A DNA stretch of 64,000 nt from Kiritimatiellia bacterium (GCA_045598585.1 JAZLMG010000057.1:9832-73831), one strand, 5' to 3'. Numbered from the stretch's first letter, positions 39,546-49,056 are shown. Program-made: numbers and translations. Notes: generated by a model not told the origin, from the sequence alone.

Positions 39546-40688
39546 TTATCTTTCAGCGTAAGCGCCGAGGAAGGTGAAGTGTTCGACGTTCGGATCGTTC
39601 GTGAAGCCCGCGATAAGCTTGATTACGCGCTTATCGGTCGGGAGCGCCTCAAAATCAAAGATGAAGCGGAATTCGAAGTCGGACCCGGGAACAGGACGCG
39701 ACTCGAGTTTCGTGAGGTTTACTCCGACCGCGGCAAACTTTACGAGAACATCGGACAAAGCACCGGGGCGATGCGACAAGCTCATCATCATCGAGAACTT
39801 ATGAGCATCGGGATAAATCTCGGCCTTCTTGGAAATGCAGATAAAGCGAGTATAGTTATTCTCGATATCGGCGATATCTTCGGCAATCACTTCAAGACCG
39901 TAGAGTTCAGCGCATTCACGCGAGCAAATGACCGCGGCATCCTTACGACCCGAGTGAGCGAGGGCTTTCGCGGCAGCCGCCGTATTGGTCGAGGGAGTCG
40001 CGCGGATTCCCGCATGATCGCGGAGGAAGTTCGAACACTGGGCAAGCGCATGCGGGTGAGACATGATTTCCTTCACATCCGCGAGCTTGACGCCGGGAGC
40101 GGCGAGAAGGACATGGCGAATACGAAGCTTCAAGGCCTTCACGATACGGAAGTTGTGCTTCGCCATCAAATCGTAGACGGCGGTTACACTGCCCGCAGTC
40201 GAATTCTCGACGGGAAGAACGCCATAATCGCACATCCCCTTTTCGACCGCAGCAAAAACGTCATCAAAGTTCTTGAAGTAGAAAATCGTCGGGAAGTTGA
40301 CGATACGGCAAGCGGCCTGCTGAGCATAAGCGCCTTCGACACCCGTACAAGCAACGACCGCCTTCGAAGGAAAGCCGTTCTTACCGGCTTCAAGGGCGGC
40401 AGTCACCGAGGGCTCGAAACTATCGAGGGCGAGTTCGGAGCGCTGACGACCACGAGAAATCGCCATCATCGTCGTAAAGAGAAGACGAGCTTCGTTCTCA
40501 AGATCGTGGCCGACACGCGTCGCTACCTTCGAGAGAATCTCGCGTTCACGTGCGGGATCGGTAACGGGAGCGCCGGACTCTTTCTTCGCGGCGGCGACCT
40601 TCGAGGCCGCTTCCATGCGACGAACGAAGAGCTCGACCATTTGGGAGTCGATCTCGTCGATAGTCTTGCGGATATCGGAAAGTTCCAT
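39546..40688 (-). CDS. pheA: Bifunctional chorismate mutase / prephenate dehydratase
   Basis: N-terminal CM_2 helix bundle, central PDT domain (ESRP motif) and C-terminal ACT domain. Confidence 0.85.
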   Translation of the reverse strand: MELSDIRKTIDEIDSQMVELFVRRMEAASKVAAAKKESGAPVTDPAREREILSKVATRVGHDLENEARLLFTTMMAISRGRQRSELALDSFEPSVTAALEAGKNGFPSKAVVACTGVEGAYAQQAACRIVNFPTIFYFKNFDDVFAAVEKGMCDYGVLPVENSTAGSVTAVYDLMAKHNFRIVKALKLRIRHVLLAAPGVKLADVKEIMSHPHALAQCSNFLRDHAGIRATPSTNTAAAAKALAHSGRKDAAVICSRECAELYGLEVIAEDIADIENNYTRFICISKKAEIYPDAHKFSMMMSLSHRPGALSDVLVKFAAVGVNLTKLESRPVPGSDFEFRFIFDFEALPTDKRVIKLIAGFTNDPNVEHFTFLGAYAER

Positions 40689-40704
40689 TTCTCTTTTTCG
40701 CTCC

Positions 40705-41718
40705 TTACTTACCCTGCCAAGCGTGAGGACGAATCGCCATGACGCGCTTCATCGTATCATCGAAGACTTCGGGAGTCTGGGACTGAACACCATCGCAAAG
40801 CGCGTGAGGCGGATCGTTGTGGACTTCGATGATAAGCGCATCGGCGCCCATCGCAGTCGCACCCATCGCGCAAGGTTCGACGAGGTGAGCGTAACCGGTC
40901 GAATGCGAAGGATCGATGACGATGGGGAGGTGAGAAAGACGCTTCAAAACGGGGATAACCGTCAAGTCAATCGTGTTGCGGGTAGCCGTTTCGAACGTAC
41001 GAATGCCGCGCTCGCAAAGCATGACGTTCGGATTACCGGAGGCCATGATGTATTCGGCGCTCATGAGGAGTTCCTGCAAGGTCGCCGACATGCCGCGTTT
41101 AAGAAGGATCGGCTTCTTGGTCATCGCGCCGACTTCCTTCAAAAGATCGAAGTTCTGCATATTGCGAGCACCGATCTGGATAACGTCGACATCGTTGAAC
41201 AAGGGAAGGTGCTCGATCGCCATAAGCTCCGTAACGATCGGAAGCCCCGTTTCCTTCTTCGCTTCAAGGAGGATATCAAGGCCCTGCTTGCCGAGACCCT
41301 GGAAAGAATAGGGCGAAGTGCGCGGCTTGAAGGCGCCACCACGAAGCATCGTCGCACCCGAGGCCTTAACCGACTTCGCGATACCGATCATCTGGTCAAT
41401 CGATTCGACCGAGCAAGGACCCGCGATAACCTGGAAATTACCTCCGCCGATCTTGACGCCGGAGCAATCGATAACGGAATCCATCGGGTGGAACTTGCGG
41501 TTCGCGGCCTTGTAGGGCTCCTGAATTCGCTGAACGCGCTCGACGACGCTAAGCGCCTGCACGAGGCCGATATCCATCTTCGCGACATCGCCGACGCAAC
41601 CGATAACCGTTTCACGTTCACCCGCGCTCACATTCGGGGTGATATGACGGGCCTTGAGCCAAGAGAGGAGACTCTCGACCTGAGACTTTTCGGCATCCTT
41701 CTTAAGTATGATGATCAT
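40705..41718 (-). CDS. 3-deoxy-7-phosphoheptulonate (DAHP) synthase, type I-beta with N-terminal regulatory domain
   Basis: 337 aa. KDO8PS-like TIM barrel (GPCSVES, LLKRGMSAT) preceded by a ~70 aa ferredoxin-like N-terminal domain, as in Thermotoga-type DAHPS. Confidence 0.85.
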   Translation of the reverse strand: MIIILKKDAEKSQVESLLSWLKARHITPNVSAGERETVIGCVGDVAKMDIGLVQALSVVERVQRIQEPYKAANRKFHPMDSVIDCSGVKIGGGNFQVIAGPCSVESIDQMIGIAKSVKASGATMLRGGAFKPRTSPYSFQGLGKQGLDILLEAKKETGLPIVTELMAIEHLPLFNDVDVIQIGARNMQNFDLLKEVGAMTKKPILLKRGMSATLQELLMSAEYIMASGNPNVMLCERGIRTFETATRNTIDLTVIPVLKRLSHLPIVIDPSHSTGYAHLVEPCAMGATAMGADALIIEVHNDPPHALCDGVQSQTPEVFDDTMKRVMAIRPHAWQGK

Positions 41719-41729
41719 TCTTATTTTCC

Positions 41730-42854
41730 TTATCTATCTTTAAATACTCTTTCAACTCGATTTCCGAGCGAACAAATTATGTCGTAGGCATGAGTGCCCT
41801 TCAAGGCGGCCCAATCGTCTGGCGTGATCGAATCGGAGCCGCACTTTCCGAAACAAATGACTTCATCGCCCGCCTTGACGTTCTCGACCTCGGAAACATC
41901 GACCGTCGTATAGTCCATCGAGATTCGTCCGATGATCTTGCAACGCTTCCCGCCGATGAAGACATGACCACGATTGGTGAGCGCCAAAGGAAGCCCATCG
42001 GCATAGCCCGCCGAAATCGTCGCGACTTTCGTCTCTTTATTAAGACACCAAGTACGCCCATATCCGAGCGTCGTACCCGCAGGAAGCGTGCGGACTTGAG
42101 CGACGCGCGTCTTAAGCGTCAAAACCGGCGCTACCTTCAAAGCTCTACGGCCATTGGGATCGAAAGAGCCGTGAAGATTGATACCCGTACGCACCATATT
42201 GAACGGCGCTTTGAACGCTTCGGGGAAGTTGTTGATCGCATCAGAGGCGGCAATATGAAGCTTCTTGAACTCGAGCCCCTCCGCCTTAAGTTCGGCGACA
42301 AGCGACTTGAAGAACTTGATTTGCGACTTGGTGAACGGGTCTTTAGGATCGTAGGCCATCGGGCAATGCGAAAAGACGCCTTCAAGCTCGAGATTCGGAA
42401 GATTCTTCGCTTCGAGCGCTACACGCTTCAAATCTTTCGCTAAAATGCCGAGCCGCCCCATTCCGGAATCGACCTTAAGCTGAACTTTCGTGACCTTCTT
42501 CCACTTGAGCGAATACTTCGAAATGAGCGCGGCAGTTTCGAGGTCGGTAATCGGAAGAATAACCCCCTTCTTAACCATCTCCTCGATCTCATCAGGAAGA
42601 ATCGAAGAGAGGATTTGGATTTCGGCATCTTTCGGGAGAACCTTTCCGATCTCAAGCGCTTCAAAGGGCTCGGCTACGCCGAACTGACGCGCGCCCGCCT
42701 CGTAAAGCGCCTTCGCATAAGCGGCGACACCCAAGCCATACGCATTCGCCTTCAAAACGGCAAGCACCTTCAAAGGCGAGACATGGGAGGCGATCTTGTG
42801 ATAATTCTTCACAAGCGCTTCCAAATCGATCTCTACTTCTACGCGATGCTTCAT
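41730..42854 (-). CDS. alr: Alanine racemase
   Basis: Start at MKHRVEVEIDLEAL (M65 of the ORF; the longer ORF would overlap the TetR gene). PLP-lysine motif AVLKANAYGLG. Confidence 0.85.
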   Translation of the reverse strand: MKHRVEVEIDLEALVKNYHKIASHVSPLKVLAVLKANAYGLGVAAYAKALYEAGARQFGVAEPFEALEIGKVLPKDAEIQILSSILPDEIEEMVKKGVILPITDLETAALISKYSLKWKKVTKVQLKVDSGMGRLGILAKDLKRVALEAKNLPNLELEGVFSHCPMAYDPKDPFTKSQIKFFKSLVAELKAEGLEFKKLHIAASDAINNFPEAFKAPFNMVRTGINLHGSFDPNGRRALKVAPVLTLKTRVAQVRTLPAGTTLGYGRTWCLNKETKVATISAGYADGLPLALTNRGHVFIGGKRCKIIGRISMDYTTVDVSEVENVKAGDEVICFGKCGSDSITPDDWAALKGTHAYDIICSLGNRVERVFKDR

Positions 42855-42858
42855 TTTC

Positions 42859-43455
42859 TTAAATCTTAACGGCCTGTATCGCGCGGCGAAAACGGATCTT
42901 CGCGGCTTCCGGATCTTTCTCGACCCCGAGACGCATACGAAACGCGGCGGATTCCATAATCGAGTAAAGGACATCGGCCGTGTTGACCGCATCAAGCGAG
43001 GATTTGCATTCCCCGTTTTTGATCGCTTCGTCGATAAGTTCGGCAAAAGTGACGCGGAGTTTACCCGTAAACATCTCGATTCGCTCGGTCATATCGTGAC
43101 CCGAGTTCACCATCGCGAAGACATAATCGCAAACTGCCGCGAAAAACTCTTTTCGCTCATGGAAAGTCTCGGCAACAATCGTGCAAATCTTGTCGATTCG
43201 TTCGGTCGCAGGCGCGGGGCTATGCTTGATCTCACGAATTCGCTCCCCGAGGCCCTCGGTAAGCTCTTTAATCGCGGCATCGAAAATGTCGCGCTTCGTC
43301 GTGAAATAACGATAAAGAACCGTACGTGCAACGCCGGTAGCTTCGGCGATTTCACGGAACGAGACTTTCGAAAAGCCGATTTGAGCAAAGAGGCGCATCG
43401 CCTTCATGACGACCATGCGCTTGCGCTCGGAATGATCTATCGTGGTTTTGGCCAT
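42859..43455 (-). CDS. TetR/AcrR-family transcriptional regulator
   Basis: N-terminal TetR HTH (FSKVSFREIAEATGVARTVLYRYF). Confidence 0.8.
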   Translation of the reverse strand: MAKTTIDHSERKRMVVMKAMRLFAQIGFSKVSFREIAEATGVARTVLYRYFTTKRDIFDAAIKELTEGLGERIREIKHSPAPATERIDKICTIVAETFHERKEFFAAVCDYVFAMVNSGHDMTERIEMFTGKLRVTFAELIDEAIKNGECKSSLDAVNTADVLYSIMESAAFRMRLGVEKDPEAAKIRFRRAIQAVKI

Positions 43456-43456
43456 T

Positions 43457-43879
43457 TTATTTCACCAAATATTCGATAGCTTCCGAGTAAGAATTAAAGC
43501 CCTTACCCGAGAAAGTCTTTTCGGCGACCATGCCGACATAAGAAACGCGGCGGAATTCTTCGCGATTCTTCGGCTCGGTCAAATGAACTTCGATAACGCG
43601 CGCTTTAACGGCCTTGATCGCGTCAAGAATCGCAACGGAAGTGTGAGTATAGGCGGCGGCATTAAGAACGATAGCGTCGAAAACGCCGCGAGACTCTTGA
43701 ATCCAATCGACGAGGACGCCCTCGTGATTGGTCTGACGGCATTCGACCTCCGCTCCGACCTTGTCAGCCGTCTCTTTAAGAAACGCCTTAAGGTCGGCAT
43801 AGGTACCCTTGCCGTATAAGTCCGGCTCACGAAGCCCGAGAAGATTCAGGTTCGGTCCGTTCAGTACAAGAATTTTCAT
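43457..43879 (-). CDS. aroQ: Type II 3-dehydroquinate dehydratase
   Basis: MKILVLNGPNLNLLGLREPDLYG and the DHquinase II fold. AAGGAAG Shine-Dalgarno. Confidence 0.9.
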   Translation of the reverse strand: MKILVLNGPNLNLLGLREPDLYGKGTYADLKAFLKETADKVGAEVECRQTNHEGVLVDWIQESRGVFDAIVLNAAAYTHTSVAILDAIKAVKARVIEVHLTEPKNREEFRRVSYVGMVAEKTFSGKGFNSYSEAIEYLVK

Positions 43880-43901
43880 CTGTTATAACTTCCTTAACTT
43901 T

Positions 43902-43919
43902 GTATTATATCATATTTCC
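43902..43919 (-). promoter_or_regulatory. Conserved extended -10 promoter element, copy 3, for aroQ, overlapping the leuB stop codon
   Basis: Minus-strand GGAAATATGATATAATAC. The leuB codons GAA-ATA-TGA (E-I-stop) are part of the element. 22-nt leader to the aroQ ATG. Confidence 0.5.
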
Positions 43920-44962
43920 GCCGAGATTGCATTACCGATCTCACTTGTAGAAACATTTCCTCCCAAATCGGCAGTGCGCAAACCGCGCTCCAAAACACGC
44001 TGAACCGCACTCTCGATCGCCTCCGCTTCCTTGGAAAGCGAGAAGCTGTAGCGGAGCATCATCGCTACGGACAGTATCGTCGCAATCGGGTTCGCAATGC
44101 CCTTTCCGGCGATATCGGGAGCGGAGCCGTGAATCGGCTCGTACATCCCAAAGCCGTCGAGACGCAAGGACGCGGAAGGAAGCATGCCGATAGAACCCGT
44201 GATTTGCGAGGCCTCATCGGAGAGAATATCACCGAACATATTCTCGGTTAAGAGGACGTCGAACTTTTGCGGAGCACGCACTAGTTGCATCGCGGCATTG
44301 TCGACATACATATGCTCAAGCGAGACTGAAGGATAATCCAAGGCGACTTTATTAACGATTTCTCGCCATAAACGGCTAGTTTCGAGCACATTTGCTTTAT
44401 CGACGCTCGTCACCTTTTTGCCGCGCTTCATCGCCGCTTCGAACGCCATCTTGGCGATTCGTTCGATTTCGGGTATCGAGTAGGCCATGATGTCTGTTGC
44501 GCTCTGGCCATCCGCCGCACGCTTGTGTTCGCCGAAATAAACGCCGCCTGTAAGTTCGCGGACAACAAGGATGTCGAGACCTTCGCCGATAATCTCGCTC
44601 TTTAGGGGCGAGGCATCTTTTAAGGTCGGCCACACTGTTGCAGGGCGAAGATTGCAGAAAAGTCCGAGACCGGAGCGAAGTCCGAGGAGCGCCTTTTCGG
44701 GGCGCTTGGGACCGGGGAGCGCATCATATTTAGGTCCGCCGACAGCACCTAAAAGGACTGCATCGGCTTTTTTACAAGTCTCGAGCGTTTCCATCGGCAA
44801 ACACTCTCCCGCGGTATCGTAGGCCGCTCCGCCCACCAAGCGCTCTTCGATCACGAACTCATGACCGAACTTGGTTTCGACTTTCTTAAGAACTTTCAAG
44901 GCCTCGGAAACGATCTCGGGACCGATTCCATCGCCCGCAACTACCGCAATCGTCTTTTTCAT
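43910..44962 (-). CDS. leuB: 3-isopropylmalate dehydrogenase
   Basis: [17 protein letters not shown] and the isocitrate/IPMDH fold. Confidence 0.95.
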   Translation of the reverse strand: MKKTIAVVAGDGIGPEIVSEALKVLKKVETKFGHEFVIEERLVGGAAYDTAGECLPMETLETCKKADAVLLGAVGGPKYDALPGPKRPEKALLGLRSGLGLFCNLRPATVWPTLKDASPLKSEIIGEGLDILVVRELTGGVYFGEHKRAADGQSATDIMAYSIPEIERIAKMAFEAAMKRGKKVTSVDKANVLETSRLWREIVNKVALDYPSVSLEHMYVDNAAMQLVRAPQKFDVLLTENMFGDILSDEASQITGSIGMLPSASLRLDGFGMYEPIHGSAPDIAGKGIANPIATILSVAMMLRYSFSLSKEAEAIESAVQRVLERGLRTADLGGNVSTSEIGNAISAEI

Positions 44963-45450
44963 TTCTTAAGTCCTTTCATATAAGAAGCGAGACCTCCCGC
45001 TTTGATAAGATCCTGCATGAACGGAGGAAACGGCTCGGCCTCGAAAGTCGCACCGCTCGTCTTGTCGATGATCTTGCCCGTATCGAAATCGACTTCGACT
45101 TCATCTCCCGCCTTTATCGCTTCGGCCGCTTCAGGGCACTCGAGAATCGGAAGCGCGATATTAAGCGCGTTACGATAGAAGATGCGAGCGAAGGACGCGG
45201 CGATAACGCAGGCGATGCCGCAGGTCTTGATCGCGAGAGGCGCGTGTTCGCGCGAAGATCCGCAACCGAAGTTCTTTCCGGCAATCATGATTTCGCCTTC
45301 TTGCACTTTAGAAGCGAAAGAAGTATCGATATCTTCCATGCAATGCTTCGCCAATTCCTTCGCATCAGGTGTATTCAAATATCGTGCGGGAATGATGACG
45401 TCGGTGTCGACGTTGTCGCCGTATTTCCAGGTTTTTCCAAGTGCTTTCAT
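44959..45450 (-). CDS. leuD: 3-isopropylmalate dehydratase small subunit
   Basis: 163 aa LeuD swivel domain ([15 protein letters not shown]). ATGA overlap with leuB. Confidence 0.9.
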   Translation of the reverse strand: MKALGKTWKYGDNVDTDVIIPARYLNTPDAKELAKHCMEDIDTSFASKVQEGEIMIAGKNFGCGSSREHAPLAIKTCGIACVIAASFARIFYRNALNIALPILECPEAAEAIKAGDEVEVDFDTGKIIDKTSGATFEAEPFPPFMQDLIKAGGLASYMKGLKK

Positions 45451-45493
45451 AATTAGTTTTGAAGTTAGAAGTTAAAGTGTAAAGTGATGGAGA

Positions 45494-46753
45494 TTAGTCT
45501 TGTGGAGCAACTATCTTACCCGCAAGGGCTGAAGCTGCCGCAACAGCGGGTGATGCAAGATAGATTTCAGATTCGACGTGGCCCATGCGACCGACGAAGT
45601 TACGATTGGTGGTAGTAACCGCTTTTTCTCCTTTCGCCAAGATTCCCATATAACCCCCTAAACAAGGCCCGCAAGTTGGAGTCGAAACAACGCACCCCGC
45701 TTCGGCGAAGATTTTAAGATACCCCTTCTCCATCGCCTCGAGCCAAATCTTTTGAGTGGCAGGAATAACGATGCAACGAACCGATTCGGGAACCTTCTTC
45801 CCCTTCATCACTTCCGCGGCAATCGCGAGATCGGAATTGCGCCCGTTGGTGCAGCTGCCGATGACGACCTGGTCGATCTTGATTTCGTCGATTTCGTCGA
45901 TCGTGTGCGTATTCTCGGGTAAATGCGGGAAAGCGACCGTCGGCTTTAAGCTCGCCAAATCGATTTCAATCGTCTCGCGATACTCGGCATTCGCATCTGC
46001 CGCGTAAACGACAGGTTCTTTCGCGCCATGCGCTTTCAAGTATTCACGGCACTTATCATCGACAGGGAAAATGCCGTTTTTCGCCCCGGCCTCAATCGCC
46101 ATATTGGCAATCGTGAAACGGTCGTCCATCGAAAGCGCAGCGACTCCATCGCCCGTAAACTCCAAGCTTTCGTATCGAGCGCCATCGACTCCGATCTTGC
46201 CGATCAAGTGAAGAATGACGTCCTTGCCGCCGACATATTTCTTCGGCGCGCCTTTAAGAACGACCTTGATTGCGGAAGGAACCTTGAACCACGTCATGCC
46301 AGTCGCCATTCCCGAAGCCATATCGGTCGAGCCGATGCCGGTCGAAAAGGCGCCGAGAGCACCATAAGTGCAGGTATGCGAATCGGCGCCGATCACGAGA
46401 TCGCCCGCAGTAACCAGACCCTTCTCGGGCAAGAGCGCATGCTCAACGCCGCAATCATGACCGACTTCAAAATAGTTCTTGATTTCGTGTGCGCGCGCGA
46501 ACTCGCGCATGCACTTACACTGCGTCGCTGCCTTGATGTCTTTATTCGGAGTGAAGTGATCGGGTACGAGCGCGATCTTTTCTTTATGAAAGACCGTCTC
46601 ACGACCGAACTTCGGAAATTCGCCGATAGCTACGGGAGTCGTGATATCGTTTCCGAGCACGAGGTCGAGTTTCGCCATAATGAGCTCGCCTGCATGTACT
46701 TCCGACTTTCCGGCATGCGCGGCGAGAATCTTTTGTGTCATTGTCATAGCCAT
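45494..46753 (-). CDS. leuC: 3-isopropylmalate dehydratase large subunit
   Basis: [13 protein letters not shown] and aconitase-family Fe-S ligands ([14 protein letters not shown]). Confidence 0.9.
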   Translation of the reverse strand: MAMTMTQKILAAHAGKSEVHAGELIMAKLDLVLGNDITTPVAIGEFPKFGRETVFHKEKIALVPDHFTPNKDIKAATQCKCMREFARAHEIKNYFEVGHDCGVEHALLPEKGLVTAGDLVIGADSHTCTYGALGAFSTGIGSTDMASGMATGMTWFKVPSAIKVVLKGAPKKYVGGKDVILHLIGKIGVDGARYESLEFTGDGVAALSMDDRFTIANMAIEAGAKNGIFPVDDKCREYLKAHGAKEPVVYAADANAEYRETIEIDLASLKPTVAFPHLPENTHTIDEIDEIKIDQVVIGSCTNGRNSDLAIAAEVMKGKKVPESVRCIVIPATQKIWLEAMEKGYLKIFAEAGCVVSTPTCGPCLGGYMGILAKGEKAVTTTNRNFVGRMGHVESEIYLASPAVAAASALAGKIVAPQD

Positions 46754-46765
46754 AAGTTTATCTCC

Positions 46766-48373
46766 TTATTTGTCGGTGTGACCGCCACCTAACATATCAC
46801 CTTCGAAAGAATGTTGGTAAGTCGACGCTGCTCCCGTCGAGAGTGCCGCCTTACTGCCAGCAAGCATATTGTTGACAGCGGAAAGCGCTGCAAGAATCGA
46901 GCCCTCGACAATGTCGGTCGAGACGCCTCTTCCTCGGTAAGTTCCCGTAGAATCGCTGATGATGACCTTAACTTCTCCAAGCGCGTCGCGATGTTCGGTA
47001 ACCGCCTGAATCTGATAGTCGTCCAAGCTGAAAGGATGTTTGATCAACTTTTCGATCGCGCGAATCGAAGCGAAGACGGGGCCTGTACCGATCGCGACTT
47101 CTTGGAACGTTTCCTCTCCAAGTCGCAAGGTAATCGAAGCGGTCGAGGTCATCTTGTTGCCGCTATTGACGACAAAGCTCTCGAGCTGATAGGACTTTTC
47201 GGGATCAAGCGCGGCAGAAATGCCCTTCGCTTCGACGAGTGCAACTAAATCGCGGTCGGAAATATCTTTTTTCAAATCCGCGAGACGCATGAACTCGGCA
47301 AAAAGCTGAGTGATTTTCTTCTCGCTCAAAGTCGTATATCCGAGCGCTTTAAGACGATCCTCAAAAGCGTGCTGGCCGGAGTGCTTGCCGAGCACGAGAT
47401 CCTGCTTCTTAGCACCTACTGATTCGGGAGTCATAATCTCATACGTCTCAGCGTTATTGAGTACGCCATGCTGATGAATCCCCGACTCATGCGCAAAAGC
47501 ATTCTTACCGACAATCGCCTTCGAAGGAAAGAGCTTAACACCGGTTATCGAAGAAAGAAGCCGCGCCGTCCGTCCGATTTCCTCTGTCTTGATATTATAG
47601 GAAAGATGATAGAAGTCTTTGCGGGTGCGAAGTCCCATCACGATTTCTTCCAACGCGGCATTACCGGCTCTTTCTCCGATACCGCAAATGGTGCATTCGA
47701 CCTGACGCGCTCCGGCCATCACGCCTGCGAGAGTATTCGCAACCGCGAGACCGAGATCATCATGAACATGCATCGAGATTGTCGCTTTGTCGATATTGGG
47801 GACTCTCGTCTTCACGTTTCGAACCATCGCCGCGATTTCTTCGGGAGTCGCATAGCCGACAGTATCAGGAAGATTGATGATTGTCGCGCCCGAATCAATC
47901 GCCGTTTCGACAGCTTTGGCAAGGAAGTCAGGATCGGTGCGTGAAGCGTCTTCGGCGGAGAACTCGATTTCAGGGCATTTGTTACGGGCGTATGCGACCA
48001 TCGACTTGATTTGCTCAAGCGCACGATCACGCGTCATTTTGAGCTTATACTGGAGATGCAAATCGCTCGTCGCGAGGAAGGTATGAATTCGCTTCTTGGC
48101 CGCGCTCTTGATCGCTTCGGCGGCTGCATCGATATCTTTTTCGAGCGCACGAGACAACGAACAAACCGTCGAGGCCTTGATCGCGTCCGCAATTTTCTTT
48201 ACGCTCTCGAAGTCGCCGGGCGAAGCTATGGCGAAACCCGCTTCAATGACATCGACCCCGAGCGCCTCAAGTTGCAAGGCCATTCGAAGCTTTTCTTCTT
48301 GAGTCATCGAATAACCAGGGGCTTGTTCACCGTCCCTTAAGGTCGTATCGAAGAACTTTACCGTTTCATTCAT
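46766..48373 (-). CDS. leuA: 2-isopropylmalate synthase
   Basis: FDTTLRDGEQAPG N-terminus, HMGL-like barrel and C-terminal LeuA dimerisation/regulatory domain. GGAGGG Shine-Dalgarno. Confidence 0.95.
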   Translation of the reverse strand: MNETVKFFDTTLRDGEQAPGYSMTQEEKLRMALQLEALGVDVIEAGFAIASPGDFESVKKIADAIKASTVCSLSRALEKDIDAAAEAIKSAAKKRIHTFLATSDLHLQYKLKMTRDRALEQIKSMVAYARNKCPEIEFSAEDASRTDPDFLAKAVETAIDSGATIINLPDTVGYATPEEIAAMVRNVKTRVPNIDKATISMHVHDDLGLAVANTLAGVMAGARQVECTICGIGERAGNAALEEIVMGLRTRKDFYHLSYNIKTEEIGRTARLLSSITGVKLFPSKAIVGKNAFAHESGIHQHGVLNNAETYEIMTPESVGAKKQDLVLGKHSGQHAFEDRLKALGYTTLSEKKITQLFAEFMRLADLKKDISDRDLVALVEAKGISAALDPEKSYQLESFVVNSGNKMTSTASITLRLGEETFQEVAIGTGPVFASIRAIEKLIKHPFSLDDYQIQAVTEHRDALGEVKVIISDSTGTYRGRGVSTDIVEGSILAALSAVNNMLAGSKAALSTGAASTYQHSFEGDMLGGGHTDK

Positions 48374-48407
48374 ATTTGACTTCCCTCCAGTATTGATAAA
48401 AGAAATC

Positions 48408-48434
48408 GGCCTCGCCTTTTTAAGGGGCGGGGCC
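48408..48434 (-). terminator. Candidate attenuator terminator in the leuA leader
   Basis: Minus-strand GGCCCCGCC, loop CCTTAAAAA, then GGCGAGGCC (9-bp GC stem with one mismatch), followed by GATTTCTTTTAT about 60 nt upstream of the leuA ATG. Confidence 0.55.
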
Positions 48435-48464
48435 GAATTTTAAGCGTTCTCTTTTTTGCTTCGC

Positions 48465-48533
48465 TTAAAGGCGTCCCGCCCCGCTCGTAAGGAGAAGGTT
48501 AAGGAGGCCAAGAAGAAGAAGCGAATTATTCAA
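48465..48533 (-). CDS. Candidate leucine-rich leader peptide (22 aa, TTG start) of a leu operon attenuator
   Basis: TTG AAT AAT TCG CTT CTT CTT CTT GGC CTC CTT AAC CTT CTC CTT ACG AGC GGG GCG GGA CGC CTT TAA encodes (M)NNSLLLLGLLNLLLTSGAGRL with 10 Leu codons. GAAGG Shine-Dalgarno 8 nt upstream. The last codons overlap the anti-terminator segment GGGGCGGG. Confidence 0.45.
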   Translation of the reverse strand: MNNSLLLLGLLNLLLTSGAGRL

Positions 48534-48554
48534 GCTAAACGCCTTCAGTAAAAA

Positions 48555-48965
48555 TTACCAACGGGATTCACGACGGGGACCACGATCGCCGAAATCACGA
48601 TCGCCACCGAAGCCACCACGATCACCACCGCGGAAACCACCACGGGGGCCACCGAAGCCACGACCACCGCCGAAGCCGCCACGACCACCGCGGAAACCAC
48701 CACGATCGCCACGCTCTTCACGGGGCTTGGGCTGCGACTCATTGACACGGACCGTACGGCCGTCAATTTCATGTCCGTTCAGCGCGTCAATCGCGGCCTG
48801 CGCCTGAGTGGCGTCGGGCATCGTGACGAAGCCGAATCCTTTGCTGCGACCGGTCATGCGATCGGTGACAACGCGAACGGCGGTAACTTCGCCGAAAGCG
48901 GCGAAAGCCGCCTTGAGACCATCGTCGGTCGTCGCGTAAGCGAGGTTACCAACATAGATTTCCAT
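48555..48965 (-). CDS. RRM-domain RNA-binding protein with Gly/Arg-rich (RGG) tail
   Basis: RNP-2 IYVGNL and RNP-1 KGFGFVTM, then GGFRGGRGGFGGGRGFGG repeats. Confidence 0.85.
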   Translation of the reverse strand: MEIYVGNLAYATTDDGLKAAFAAFGEVTAVRVVTDRMTGRSKGFGFVTMPDATQAQAAIDALNGHEIDGRTVRVNESQPKPREERGDRGGFRGGRGGFGGGRGFGGPRGGFRGGDRGGFGGDRDFGDRGPRRESRW

Positions 48966-49037
48966 CTGACTTTTCCTTCTGTTCTTTTCTGTTCTTTAGC
49001 ATCCGATAGACACTCGCCTACCATCAACTAATTGAAA

Positions 49038-49056
49038 ATATTTTATCAATTTTCCC
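49038..49056 (-). promoter_or_regulatory. Degenerate copy 4 of the conserved promoter element, upstream of the RRM gene
   Basis: Minus-strand GGGAAAATTGATAAAATAT (14 of 18 positions match; -10 TAAAAT). About 70 nt upstream of the RRM ATG. A CCCTTG/CAAGGG hairpin abuts it. Confidence 0.3.
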
